A stretch of 64,000 nt of DNA from an uncultured candidate division Zixibacteria bacterium (GTDB lineage: Bacteria; Zixibacteria; MSB-5A5; GN15; PGXB01), in contig OY969724.1 of NCBI GenBank assembly GCA_963702205.1, positions 2,176,001 through 2,240,000 on the forward strand, written 5' to 3'. Shown here in pieces: positions 1 through 9,310 of this stretch. Each line of letters starts with the position of its first letter. Within the stretch, counting starts at the first letter, position 1. Under the pieces are notes generated by a model. That model was not told the origin of the DNA and searched no databases. It saw only the letters and a program-made list of their open reading frames with translations. The position numbers and the translations under genes were made by a program.

Positions 1-593
1 ATGGTGCCGTTAAAGGCGACGATATCGCCCCGGACGACGGCGTTTTCACCGAGATTAATATCACCGAATAAAGAAATCACGTCCTGGTTTATTTCACCTT
101 CAATGCTTATGTCAGACCAGAAGCCTATTACGGAACCGCGCAGGAAATCGCCCTGGGCGATGTTTATACTTTTATCCACCGATATGACATTTCTATGACG
201 GCTGGGTCTTTGAGACTGGCTGTCGCCTTTTCGAGTGAAAGTAACCGTCACGCCATTGTCGCGGTCGATATCAACCGTAGTGCGGTCGATGTCTTCGAGT
301 GGGAAATTGCGATCACCGAAACGAAAAGAACTGGGGTCGAGAATCAAGTTCTTACCAAGATATATATTGCCGTCTTTGCGATGAACTTCGGTTTTGCGAA
401 TTACCGTGATGAGTTTATTGTCTCCGTCGAAAAACGTGAACGTCATGGTTCTTTCACCGGCGACGATTTTAAAATAATCCGAACCTTCGGACGGGAGCGA
501 ATATTTTTTATATCCGTCGGCGGCCGATGTCGTCAGCGACATTAATAAAAGGGACAATAGAATTAGCAATCTGGTCGATGTATATCGGCTCAT
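1..593 (-). CDS. Secreted protein with polymer-forming/bactofilin-like beta-repeat region (runs off window start)
   Basis: Manual translation from ATG 593 (GGAGG SD upstream): MSRYTSTRLLILLSLLLMSLTTSAA signal peptide; later SINIAQGDFLRGSVIGFWSDISIEGEINQDVISLFGDINLGENAVVRGDIVAFNG beta-solenoid-like repeats; no stop before position 1. Confidence 0.6.
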   Translation of the reverse strand, partial: MSRYTSTRLLILLSLLLMSLTTSAADGYKKYSLPSEGSDYFKIVAGERTMTFTFFDGDNKLITVIRKTEVHRKDGNIYLGKNLILDPSSFRFGDRNFPLEDIDRTTVDIDRDNGVTVTFTRKGDSQSQRPSRHRNVISVDKSINIAQGDFLRGSVIGFWSDISIEGEINQDVISLFGDINLGENAVVRGDIVAFNGT

Positions 594-667
594 CCGTACC
601 CTCCGTGTCAAATTTAAAAAACCGGTATATCTATAGAAGAATTAGACCCATTGGCAATATAAAAGTT

Positions 668-1234
668 TCATTCGCTTTGCGGGAATCGTGCCACATAATC
701 TTTCAGGGCCTGACGGTGAGAAACGAAAGCGATGTTGTCAGGAAGATCGGTAAATGAGAAAAAGCGGGCCTCCGAGGCATCGTCACCTGCAATCAATTTG
801 CCACCCGTTATACGGGCGCTATACAATATCAGGACGGCGTTGGTGCGGGGATCGTCGTTCCCCGAATAAATCTCGAACACCTGTTCGATATCGATATCCA
901 GTCCGGTTTCTTCTTTTATTTCGCGGACGGTCGTTTGCGTCGGGTGTTCCTCGAATTCCATAAACCCCGCCGGAAGGCACCAGTAACCGATTTTGGGCGG
1001 TGCGGCCCGCCGCACGAGCAGAATTTTACCGTCATCGACAATCATCGCTCCGGCTGCCGGGGTCGGGTTGTGATAATAAATATAGCCGCAATTTTCATTA
1101 CTGCACTGGAGCCGGTTTCTATGATCGAGCTCGCGCTCGACAAAATCGCTCCCGCAGATCGGACAATATTTGAACCCGAAATTGTTGTATTTTCGTTCGA
1201 ACAAGAGTTTTTCGTCAATTTTGTCCTGCGGCAT
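668..1234 (-). CDS. NUDIX hydrolase with N-terminal zinc ribbon (ADP-ribose pyrophosphatase-like)
   Basis: CPICG...CSNENCG zinc ribbon; Nudix box GFMEFEEHPTQTTVREIKEETGL. Confidence 0.9.
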   Translation of the reverse strand: MPQDKIDEKLLFERKYNNFGFKYCPICGSDFVERELDHRNRLQCSNENCGYIYYHNPTPAAGAMIVDDGKILLVRRAAPPKIGYWCLPAGFMEFEEHPTQTTVREIKEETGLDIDIEQVFEIYSGNDDPRTNAVLILYSARITGGKLIAGDDASEARFFSFTDLPDNIAFVSHRQALKDYVARFPQSE

Positions 1235-3482
1235 TTGATACCCCGTTATTTGCCTTCAAAATAATAATCGTCGTGTCATCGCGAGGAGGATCGGAAACGT
1301 CAAATCTCCCCACGTCTTTCAAAATCCCGTCAATGATATCATCGGGCGACAGATGTCGATGATCCCTTACGAAATCCAATATGCGCTTATCGCCGTACTC
1401 TTCGTCGTTTTCATTCTGGGCCTCGGACAAACCATCGGTATAGAACACCAGGAGGTCTTCGTCGTTCAAAGAAACTTCGGCCGTTTCATATGAACCCCCG
1501 GAAAAGGCCCCGATCAGCATGCCGCCTTTGGACAGCACTTCGTGGGATCCGTCAGCGCGTACCAGTATGGGATAATTATGTCCGGCGTTGGAATACCTGA
1601 AAACACGGCCGTCCGGTTTGAATTCCCCGTAGAAGAGCGTCGCGTACTTTTCCGCCGAGGTCGACGCTACCACGTATTCATTGATATTTTGAAGGATTCG
1701 CGACAGTTCGTTTTTATTCTGTATCTCCGAGTGAAGCATCGCCTGAATCTGGGCCACGAGCAGCGCGGCCGGGACACCCTTGCCGGAGGCATCGGCGATG
1801 ACTATGGAAAACTTCCCGTCACCGTGATTGACGAAATCGTAAAAGTCGCCCCCGATCGTCTGTGAGGGTATAGATAAGGCCTTGAGGTCGAAGGTATTCG
1901 ACGCCGGCGGTTTTTTCGGCAGTAACTCGACCTGAATCTGGCGGGCCATGGTGATTTCTTCTTCGAGGACCTGTTTTTCCAGAGAATCGGCGTACAGCCG
2001 GGCATTGGTAAGCGACGTAACCAGTTGATTGGAAATTACTCCCAGCACGGTCAGGTCTTCGGTATTGTACCTGTACCCTGAGACTTTTTCCGTCAAAGCC
2101 AGGAAGCCCAGCAGATGATCTGAGTCTTTGAGAGGTAGTATTAACTGAACCCGCCTCTTACTCAATTGCAACAGCAGGTTGCTGTCTTTGCCGTACTCAC
2201 CCATGCGGTCCAGCAGCTGCGGTGCCTCGAGCTGGCCGATTGCCCCCAGTAAAGGGTCTTCACGATTTATTATTGATCGAGTCGGGAATCCTTCCGAGGC
2301 CAGCAATACATACTCGAGCAAAACGTCGTCGTACATCACGAAGTAAACGTGCTCGATAAGAATCGTCGTTTGCAAAGTTTTTTCTATGATGGAACGAACG
2401 CGAGCCGGGTCGAACACGGAAATCATGCTGCGAGACAACTGCCCGAGCACCGTTCGATAATCGGCCCGCGTTTTCATGAAAAGTTTTTTAATTAAGTCGT
2501 CGATGCGGTTGATGATCGGCTGGTACAAAATCAGCGCCAGCACGATGAAGGCGACGTTGACGATTTTCGTCTCGGCCCCGAAAAGGTACGTCACGAACCG
2601 GTCCATCTGACCGACCAGCAGAATATATAATCCGACGAGAATTCCCGAGGTGATGGTATAGGCCAACGACTGTCGGAAGATTATGCTGACATCGAGAAAC
2701 TGATGCCGTACAATCGACCAGGCAATCGAACCTCCACCGGTGAGGAGGACAATTATCATCGATATGTCCATAAAGGCGTCGGAGACCTGTATCGAAAAGA
2801 GCCTGGGGATAAGTACGGAGGCGGTCAATAGAATAACGGAGATGCTGATACCCCAGATAAATACATTGGTCTGACGGCGAACCTGTTTGTTTTCAATCAG
2901 GGCCTTGCCGCGAATCAGGAAGTACACGGCCAGTCCGACGTAAATAAGGTTAATTAATGAAAAGAGCGCGGCTTCGGAACTAAGGAGCAGGCTGAAACCG
3001 AGCACGACCCATTTCATCAAATAGGAAATCGGTTCCAGGATCAAGCTGAGAAAACCTTCGCCGGATTGGACTTCAAAAAGGTCCAGAATTCTTTCGGGAT
3101 TTCGAAAGAGAAGTACCAATAATATATGAAATACCTGCGGGAAAAATATAAGATACCGCAGGCGGCGGCGTTTCATGTACGAAAGCCGGTCAATCGGGAA
3201 AACCCAGCTGAATAAAAGCAGGGTGGGGAAGAACAGCTCCCAGATGTAAAAGAGATTATAAACGAAAGATTCCTCGAAAGGGGCTTCGACGGCTACATTA
3301 GGTTTGACGATGACACCGAGAGCCAAAAATATCGGTCCCAGCCCCGCAAAAAAGAGCATAGCTCCGGCAATACGATTGGCCCGGACGGACGGATTGTCCC
3401 GGATAATCGTATAGGCCAGAAACAGAAGAATGCCGCCGAATATGAAGTACAGCGGCGTCGTTATCGCCTTGAGGAATTCCAT
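1215..3482 (-). CDS. Membrane-bound GAF + PP2C (SpoIIE/RsbU-type) serine phosphatase
   Basis: Multi-TM N-terminus, GAF-like middle, motifs IGGDFYD, IADASGKG, SNAGHNYP, YTDGLSE, RDDTT. Confidence 0.9.
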   Translation of the reverse strand: MEFLKAITTPLYFIFGGILLFLAYTIIRDNPSVRANRIAGAMLFFAGLGPIFLALGVIVKPNVAVEAPFEESFVYNLFYIWELFFPTLLLFSWVFPIDRLSYMKRRRLRYLIFFPQVFHILLVLLFRNPERILDLFEVQSGEGFLSLILEPISYLMKWVVLGFSLLLSSEAALFSLINLIYVGLAVYFLIRGKALIENKQVRRQTNVFIWGISISVILLTASVLIPRLFSIQVSDAFMDISMIIVLLTGGGSIAWSIVRHQFLDVSIIFRQSLAYTITSGILVGLYILLVGQMDRFVTYLFGAETKIVNVAFIVLALILYQPIINRIDDLIKKLFMKTRADYRTVLGQLSRSMISVFDPARVRSIIEKTLQTTILIEHVYFVMYDDVLLEYVLLASEGFPTRSIINREDPLLGAIGQLEAPQLLDRMGEYGKDSNLLLQLSKRRVQLILPLKDSDHLLGFLALTEKVSGYRYNTEDLTVLGVISNQLVTSLTNARLYADSLEKQVLEEEITMARQIQVELLPKKPPASNTFDLKALSIPSQTIGGDFYDFVNHGDGKFSIVIADASGKGVPAALLVAQIQAMLHSEIQNKNELSRILQNINEYVVASTSAEKYATLFYGEFKPDGRVFRYSNAGHNYPILVRADGSHEVLSKGGMLIGAFSGGSYETAEVSLNDEDLLVFYTDGLSEAQNENDEEYGDKRILDFVRDHRHLSPDDIIDGILKDVGRFDVSDPPRDDTTIIILKANNGVSNAAGQN

Positions 3483-3499
3483 TTCTTACGAATCGATTC

Positions 3500-3919
3500 T
3501 CAAATTCTTTTGGCGATTGTGACCCGGGTGCCGCGTTCCAGAAAATCGATTTCGACTTTATCCATCAGGGAGCGCACGATAAAGATACCGCGCCCGACCT
3601 CTTTTAGGAGGTTCCTTTCGTCGATTGGATTTTCCAGATGCTCGACGTCGAATCCTTTACCTTCGTCGGTGATGGCTATCTCAACCATGGAATCGTTCTT
3701 GCCGATTTCGACGACAACTTCCTTATCGGGGTCCGAGTTGTTTCCGTGGATAATGCTGTTGTTAACCAGCTCCGTGACACAGATGGCTATATCGGCGATG
3801 GTTGTCTCCTCGGTCCCGTAACCCCGCAACATGCCTTCGATGAAGCTGTCGACGTCGGGAAGAAATTCTTCCTGAGAAGGTATCCTTATGGTATTGTCCA
3901 CGATAATTGGTTTTTTCAT
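3500..3919 (-). CDS. rsbW: Anti-sigma factor serine kinase (RsbW/SpoIIAB family)
   Basis: ELVNNSIIHGN N-box, DEGKGFD, GRGIFIVRSLMD. Confidence 0.88.
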   Translation of the reverse strand: MKKPIIVDNTIRIPSQEEFLPDVDSFIEGMLRGYGTEETTIADIAICVTELVNNSIIHGNNSDPDKEVVVEIGKNDSMVEIAITDEGKGFDVEHLENPIDERNLLKEVGRGIFIVRSLMDKVEIDFLERGTRVTIAKRI

Positions 3920-3939
3920 TCTATTATTTCCATATACGC

Positions 3940-3973
3940 AAAAAGGGCAGATCAGGATGCAACCTACCCTTTT
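3940..3973 (-). terminator. Intrinsic terminator-like hairpin between rsbV and rsbW
   Basis: Minus strand AAAAGGGTAG-loop-CTGCCCTTTTT. Confidence 0.45.
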
Positions 3974-4001
3974 GGATTGAAATCATGCCTGTACCGGCTG
4001 T

Positions 4002-4337
4002 TTAAAAGGATGCAACCGCCTCATCTACCGAATCGTGGGCTTCAAAAACCGTTACGAGTTTCGTAATCGTCAAAAGGGATTGAATTTTGTCGGTTACATT
4101 CGCCAATTTCAATTCGCCGCCGCTGTTTTTCATAGTCGTCAGGCCGGAAATCAATATTCCGAGTCCGGTTGAATTCATCCACTCGACCTTGGCCAGGTCA
4201 ATGACCACTTTCTTGTTGCCGTTTTCCACGCATTCATGGAGCTTTTCATGAAGAATCGTAGCGTCCGGCCCGCCCATAATTTTCCCTTTGGGCTGGAGTA
4301 TGGCCACTCCGTCTTTGATAAAATCAGTAAGATTCAT
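4002..4337 (-). CDS. rsbV: Anti-sigma factor antagonist, STAS domain (RsbV/SpoIIAA)
   Basis: DLAKVEWMNSTGLGILI phospho-Ser motif; start set at MNLTDF after GGAGG. Confidence 0.9.
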   Translation of the reverse strand: MNLTDFIKDGVAILQPKGKIMGGPDATILHEKLHECVENGNKKVVIDLAKVEWMNSTGLGILISGLTTMKNSGGELKLANVTDKIQSLLTITKLVTVFEAHDSVDEAVASF

Positions 4338-4660
4338 ACTCGGGGATCCTCCGATTCGCATATATTATTGATATAAATTATTGTCATAAACCGCTGAGTC
4401 TTTTATTCATACTACCATATTGAAAGTCCGTAAAAGCGCCGCTTAAGTCAAGTCTTTTTAGCAATTCATCGGGATGATCGACTGCGTGGCAGCAGGTAAA
4501 TGGACGCGGGAAAAGGCACAACATCACCGGATATTCCATAATAATATATAGATTGTGAAAGTGGAGTCAGAGTAAAACTTTCCGCAAACTCGTTAATGAT
4601 AGCGGCTTATAGTTTCGGGAATTTTGAAGCGGGCTTAATATTATGCTAATATATTTTGTA

Positions 4661-4708
4661 CAACTAAATAATGAGGGGCTGAAGCGTATGATATACAAGA
4701 TATTGCGA
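4661..4708. promoter_or_regulatory. Tandem NrdR boxes
   Basis: CAACTAAATAATGAG and ATACAAGATATTGCG resemble acaCwAtATaTwGtg, 32 bp apart, upstream of thyX-nrdJ. Confidence 0.55.
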
Positions 4709-4736
4709 TTATTTTGAGTTTTTGTAAGTTTTTTTA

Positions 4737-4765
4737 TTGACACTAAAGGAGGAAATTAATACAAT
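4737..4765 (+). promoter_or_regulatory. Sigma70-type promoter of thyX-nrdJ
   Basis: TTGACA-17 bp-TACAAT. Confidence 0.75.
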
Positions 4766-4935
4766 CGTTTTCACTCTTTGGTTGGTCCATCCGAAAGTCG
4801 CCCCAAAGAGCTGTGACGGTTATAACACTAAGCGATATAATACCTTACGTTAAGTTGAGGGGATTCGATAGGGTGTTTTAGCCCCAAAAACGAAAAATGT
4901 GATTTCAACTGTGATAGATCGAGGGTAGGTTGTTT

Positions 4936-5622
4936 ATGAATGACACAAATTTGACTCAGGTGGAAGCTATGCCGACAATAGCCAAAATGCCCGTCATCGA
5001 AATGATGGCCATTACGCCCAACGCCGAACAGGTCATAGAGCTGGCGTGCCGGACCTGTTATTTATCGTTCCATCGGTACAATCCTCCCGCCTCGACGGGG
5101 GAATTGATCCGCAAGGTGATTCGTAAGAAACACCATTCGGTTTTGGAACACGCCTCAGCCACGTTTCGCATTAAAGGCGGCTCCCGCGTATTTACGCACG
5201 AAATGGTTCGGCATCGCCTGATGTCGCCCTCGCAGGAATCGCAGAGGTATGTCGAATACGGCAAGACCAAAGATTATGAAATCGTGGTGCCGCCGACCGT
5301 TGAACAATCCGGCTTTAATGACCGATATATGGAAATAGCGGCCCGGTGCGAGGAATTGTATCACGAAATGGTAGCGGCCGGGGTTCCCAAGGAAGATGCT
5401 CGCTATGTCCTGCCCAACGGAACGACGTCGGAAATAGTCTGTTCGGCAAATTTCCGGGAATTTCGGCATATGTTTTCCGTGCGCTGCACTCCCCGGGCTC
5501 ATTGGGAAATAAGACGCATTTGTTTGATGATGCTTAAAATATTGAAGCAGGAAGCACCTGTCGTGTTTGCTGATTTTGAAATCGATGAAGAAAACATGTC
5601 GGCCACGCTGATTGAATCATAA
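4936..5622 (+). CDS. thyX: FAD-dependent thymidylate synthase
   Basis: HHSVLEH, THEMVRHRLMSPSQESQRY ThyX motif, EDARYVLP, AHWEIR; start could be TTG 4930. Confidence 0.95.
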   Translation: MNDTNLTQVEAMPTIAKMPVIEMMAITPNAEQVIELACRTCYLSFHRYNPPASTGELIRKVIRKKHHSVLEHASATFRIKGGSRVFTHEMVRHRLMSPSQESQRYVEYGKTKDYEIVVPPTVEQSGFNDRYMEIAARCEELYHEMVAAGVPKEDARYVLPNGTTSEIVCSANFREFRHMFSVRCTPRAHWEIRRICLMMLKILKQEAPVVFADFEIDEENMSATLIES

Positions 5623-5632
5623 GGAGGACATC

Positions 5633-7915
5633 ATGGAAGATGATCGCCAATTCGCATTAACCGAGAACTCGCTGAAAGTTCTCGAACGCCGCTATCTTAA
5701 AAAAGATAAGCAGGGTCATGTCTCGGAAACGCCCGATGAGCTGTTTCGCCGCGTGGCCCGCGCCATTGCCGAGCCGGACAAAAAGTACGGGGCTTCGGCC
5801 GAGGATATAAAAGAGCTCGAAGATAAATTTTATGATTTGATTTCATCGCTGGAATTCATGCCCAACAGCCCGACTTTGATGAACGCCGGTCGGCCGCTGG
5901 GGCAACTTTCGGCCTGTTTCGTGCTCCCGATCGAAGATTCCATGGAGTCGATTTTCGACGCCGTCAAGCACACCGCTCTGATACACAAGTCCGGCGGCGG
6001 GACGGGCTTTTCGTTCACCCGCCTGAGACCGCGCAACGCCGTGGTGGCATCCACGTCGGGTGTGGCCTCCGGCCCGGTTTCATTCATGAAAGTAATCAAC
6101 GCCGCCACCGAAGCCGTCAAGCAGGGTGGGACCCGTCGCGGTGCCAATATGGGCGTCCTGCGGGTGGACCATCCCGACATCCAGGAATTTATTTCGTGCA
6201 AGGATAATCTCAAGGAATTGACCAATTTTAATATTTCCGTGGCGGTCACCGACGAATTCATGCGGGCGGCCAAAGAAAACGCTCAATACGAACTGCACGA
6301 TCCCCGGAACAACGCTCCGTACATCAAGGACGGCAAAGCCGTGACCCTGAACGCCCGTGAGGTTCTGGATAAAATCGTCGAGCACGCGCACGCCACCGGC
6401 GAGCCGGGCATTATATTCCTCGATCGTATGAACGACGCTAACCCGGTCACTCGGGTGGCGCTGTACGAGGCTACCAACCCGTGCGGAGAGCAGCCGCTTC
6501 TGCCGTACGAAAGCTGCAATCTCGGGTCCATAAACCTGAGCAAGATGGTCCGCGCCGTGGTCGATCTGGACAGCCCGACCGAGCTGTCGCGCTATGAGAT
6601 TGACTGGGATAAGCTCGATCAGACGGTCCGGTCCTGCGTGCATTTTCTCGATAATGTCATTGAGGCCAATCGGTACCCTCTGCCGGAAATAGATTTCAAC
6701 ACCAAAGAAAACCGTAAAATCGGCCTCGGTGTCATGGGCTGGGCCGACTTCCTGGTGATCCTCGGGATTCCGTACAATTCCAAGGAAGCGCTGGAACTGG
6801 GCGAAAAGATCATGTCCCGGGTTAATCAGGTGTCCTACAGCGAATCACAGAATCTGGCCAGGACGCGGGGCGTTTTCCCGAACTGGGAGAAGTCGCGGTT
6901 CTTCAAGAACGGCGAAGGCCCCAGGATGCGCAATTCCACCGTTACGACTATCGCACCGACCGGTACGATTTCGATCATAGCGGGATGTTCCTCGGGAATC
7001 GAACCTCTGTTTGCGGTGTCGTACATGCGAAACGTCATGGACAAGACCAAGCTGGTCGAAGTGAATCCGTATTTCGAGCGTATTGCCAAAAGCCGGGGAT
7101 TTTATTCCAAGGAACTGATGGAGAGAATTTCTGAGACGAATTCGATTGCCGACTTTGAAGAAATCCCCCAGGACGTCCGCGAGATATTCAATACGACCCA
7201 CGACGTCAGCCCGGAATGGCATGTCCGGATGCAGGGCGCGTTCCAGAAACATACCGATAACGCCGTCTCCAAGACGATCAACCTGCCGAGCAAAGCCACC
7301 GTAGCCGACGTTGAGAAGGCCTATATGCTGGCTTATGAACTGGGCTGCAAGGGGATAACGATTTACCGCGACGGCAGCCGGTCGGAGCAGGTTCTTTCGA
7401 CCAAATCGACCAAAGATCCCAAGGCCGATAAAAAGGCGGCGGGACCCGAAATTTCCGAAAAGCCGGTGATCGTCGAAAAGCGCCCGGAGATTCTTACCGG
7501 TATTACCGAAAAAATCAAGACCGGTTACGGCAACCTATATGTGACCATCAACATGCTCGACGGTCGTCCATTCGAGGTGTTCGCGTCGATTGGCAAATCC
7601 GGCTATTCGACCATGGCCGATACTGAAGCCATCTGTCGCCTGATCTCGCTGGCTCTTCGCTCCAACATTCCGGTATCGAAGATAACCCAGCAGCTTAAAG
7701 GCATCGGCGGAGCCTCGCCGGTATTCGGCAACGGCGGCCTGATTTCATCGATTCCCGACGCCATCGCTCAGGTGCTCCACAAGCATTTCGGTAACGGGAA
7801 ACATCTGGAAAAAGAAATCGACCTGGCCGAGGAATTTTGCCCCGACTGCGGCGGTCGCACCGAACACGAAAGCGGCTGTCTGGTTTGTCACGCCTGCGGT
7901 TATTCAAAATGCTAA
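5633..7915 (+). CDS. nrdJ: Class II (adenosylcobalamin-dependent) ribonucleotide reductase with C-terminal TSCPD/zinc ribbon
   Basis: PNSPTLMNAG, SACFV, TNPCGEQPL, IAPTGTIS, C-terminal CPDCG..CHACGYSKC; AAGGAGG before ATG 5633. Confidence 0.95.
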   Translation: MEDDRQFALTENSLKVLERRYLKKDKQGHVSETPDELFRRVARAIAEPDKKYGASAEDIKELEDKFYDLISSLEFMPNSPTLMNAGRPLGQLSACFVLPIEDSMESIFDAVKHTALIHKSGGGTGFSFTRLRPRNAVVASTSGVASGPVSFMKVINAATEAVKQGGTRRGANMGVLRVDHPDIQEFISCKDNLKELTNFNISVAVTDEFMRAAKENAQYELHDPRNNAPYIKDGKAVTLNAREVLDKIVEHAHATGEPGIIFLDRMNDANPVTRVALYEATNPCGEQPLLPYESCNLGSINLSKMVRAVVDLDSPTELSRYEIDWDKLDQTVRSCVHFLDNVIEANRYPLPEIDFNTKENRKIGLGVMGWADFLVILGIPYNSKEALELGEKIMSRVNQVSYSESQNLARTRGVFPNWEKSRFFKNGEGPRMRNSTVTTIAPTGTISIIAGCSSGIEPLFAVSYMRNVMDKTKLVEVNPYFERIAKSRGFYSKELMERISETNSIADFEEIPQDVREIFNTTHDVSPEWHVRMQGAFQKHTDNAVSKTINLPSKATVADVEKAYMLAYELGCKGITIYRDGSRSEQVLSTKSTKDPKADKKAAGPEISEKPVIVEKRPEILTGITEKIKTGYGNLYVTINMLDGRPFEVFASIGKSGYSTMADTEAICRLISLALRSNIPVSKITQQLKGIGGASPVFGNGGLISSIPDAIAQVLHKHFGNGKHLEKEIDLAEEFCPDCGGRTEHESGCLVCHACGYSKC

Positions 7916-7928
7916 AACTGTCGATATA

Positions 7929-7957
7929 ACAAAGGAGGGAGAATATCCCTCCTTTGT
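7929..7957 (+). terminator. Hairpin after nrdJ
   Basis: ACAAAGGAGGGA-gaata-TCCCTCCTTTGT perfect 12-bp stem. Confidence 0.55.
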
Positions 7958-7961
7958 GAAT

Positions 7962-8597
7962 ATGGCACAATCAGACTTCATACCGGCCGGGCGCACGACC
8001 CGTATAAGCAAGAGCGGAAAAGACTTTACGCTCCAGACGGAATATGCGTCGCGGCCCAACCCACGGCTGACAACTTCGGTTTTCACCCACGGACAGGTTA
8101 TCTATAAAATCGAAAACGAACTGGCCGCGGCGGTCGAATCGTTCGAACAACAGGAACAGGTCGAGCGCCTGCTCCAGCGCCAACACGCCCAGGCCCTTGA
8201 AATCGCCCGCAAAGACAATTTTCCGCCATCCAATAAGGACTTCGAAACCGGTGATAACGAAGACACCGCCGTGCTCCATCCCCGCAACGACCGTGAGAAA
8301 CTGCAGAGTGTGGAAGGCGTGCAATACGTCGTCCGCATCGATAACGACGGTAATTTCGAATCGGCCAAGCTGTCCGAGGCTTTCCGCCGCAATTTTAGCC
8401 CCATTTTCAAGCACCTGAGTGATATTCTCGATATTTTCGCGCAGTTCTCCAACGGAAACCGGGAACGGGGGGTTTATGAAGTGGAAGTCGATCGGTTGTA
8501 TCTGGTTTCAACCGGCAAAGATTGTTATTTCGTTCTGACCAAGCCGACCGGCAATATCATCGATTATGCCCGCGAGCTGGAAATAGCTATCAGCTAA
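7962..8597 (+). CDS. Hypothetical protein, possible C-terminal roadblock/LC7-like domain
   Basis: Intact ORF with host-like codon usage; LQSVEGVQYVVRIDNDG resembles the start of a roadblock fold. Confidence 0.6.
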   Translation: MAQSDFIPAGRTTRISKSGKDFTLQTEYASRPNPRLTTSVFTHGQVIYKIENELAAAVESFEQQEQVERLLQRQHAQALEIARKDNFPPSNKDFETGDNEDTAVLHPRNDREKLQSVEGVQYVVRIDNDGNFESAKLSEAFRRNFSPIFKHLSDILDIFAQFSNGNRERGVYEVEVDRLYLVSTGKDCYFVLTKPTGNIIDYARELEIAIS

Positions 8598-8619
8598 GAT
8601 ATTTCCGTACAAAAAAATA

Positions 8620-8801
8620 GGAGAGGGTGGTAAAATTGAAAAAACTCCTCACTATAATACGTTAAAGGGTTTTTACAGCCACTTCCGGCGTTTTGCGTTC
8701 GCTGCCACCGCAAGGTGGGTCACGGCGTTTGCGCAGCCTCAAGAAGAGACGACCTTCATCTGTGAGTTGTTAGAGATTTTTCAAATACCCTAACCCTCTC
8801 C
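8620..8801 (+). ncRNA. ssrS: Probable 6S RNA (SsrS)
   Basis: 182-nt rod: GGAGAGGGT/ACCCTCTCC closing stem, TTGAAAAA/TTTTTCAA, CTCAC/GTGAG, central bubble, apical CCACC-GCAA-GGTGG; G-U pairs favour + strand. Confidence 0.55.
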
Positions 8802-8934
8802 AAGGTCTTGCATACACAATTTACGGTTAAAAACCATTCATGCAACAATTTTTTCGCGTCGGGCATTGCTAAATTTTCAAAGATCGCTTATTATCCTCAC
8901 TAACATTATCGGACGCTAAAAAAGGTAACTTTAT

Positions 8935-9309
8935 ATGATTTACGGACTGGGAATAGACATTATCCGGATCAATCGGATCAAAGTCGCTCTGGATAAATAC
9001 GGGGACAAATTTGCCCGCAAAATTCTGGGTGAGGAAGAACGCGAAATCTTCCGGGGACGGCTCGACAAAGCCGCTTTTGTGGCCGGACGGTTCGCCGCCA
9101 AGGAGGCCGTCATGAAATCGCTGTCGTCGTTTTTCGATACCGGCGGCCTGCATTTCAAATCTATACAGATCTTGCCGGACCTTTACGGCCGGCCGTACTG
9201 CCATCTCGACGATGACATCCGGGAGAAAATTTTCGACAAAGAGATAAGGATATCCATATCGCACGACCGCGAAGCGGCGACGGCGGTGGCCATAATGTCC
9301 GGGGACTGA
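8935..9309 (+). CDS. acpS: Holo-ACP synthase
   Basis: GLGIDII, AGRFAAKEA, ISISHD. Confidence 0.95.
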   Translation: MIYGLGIDIIRINRIKVALDKYGDKFARKILGEEEREIFRGRLDKAAFVAGRFAAKEAVMKSLSSFFDTGGLHFKSIQILPDLYGRPYCHLDDDIREKIFDKEIRISISHDREAATAVAIMSGD

Positions 9310-9310
9310 T

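Noticed and set aside
4770..4930. Cobalamin riboswitch upstream of thyX-nrdJ
   Set aside because: B12-box and GGGAA/GCCACTG consensus elements are not visible
5633..7915. Intein or intron in nrdJ
   Set aside because: Length and motif spacing are normal, with no splicing motifs
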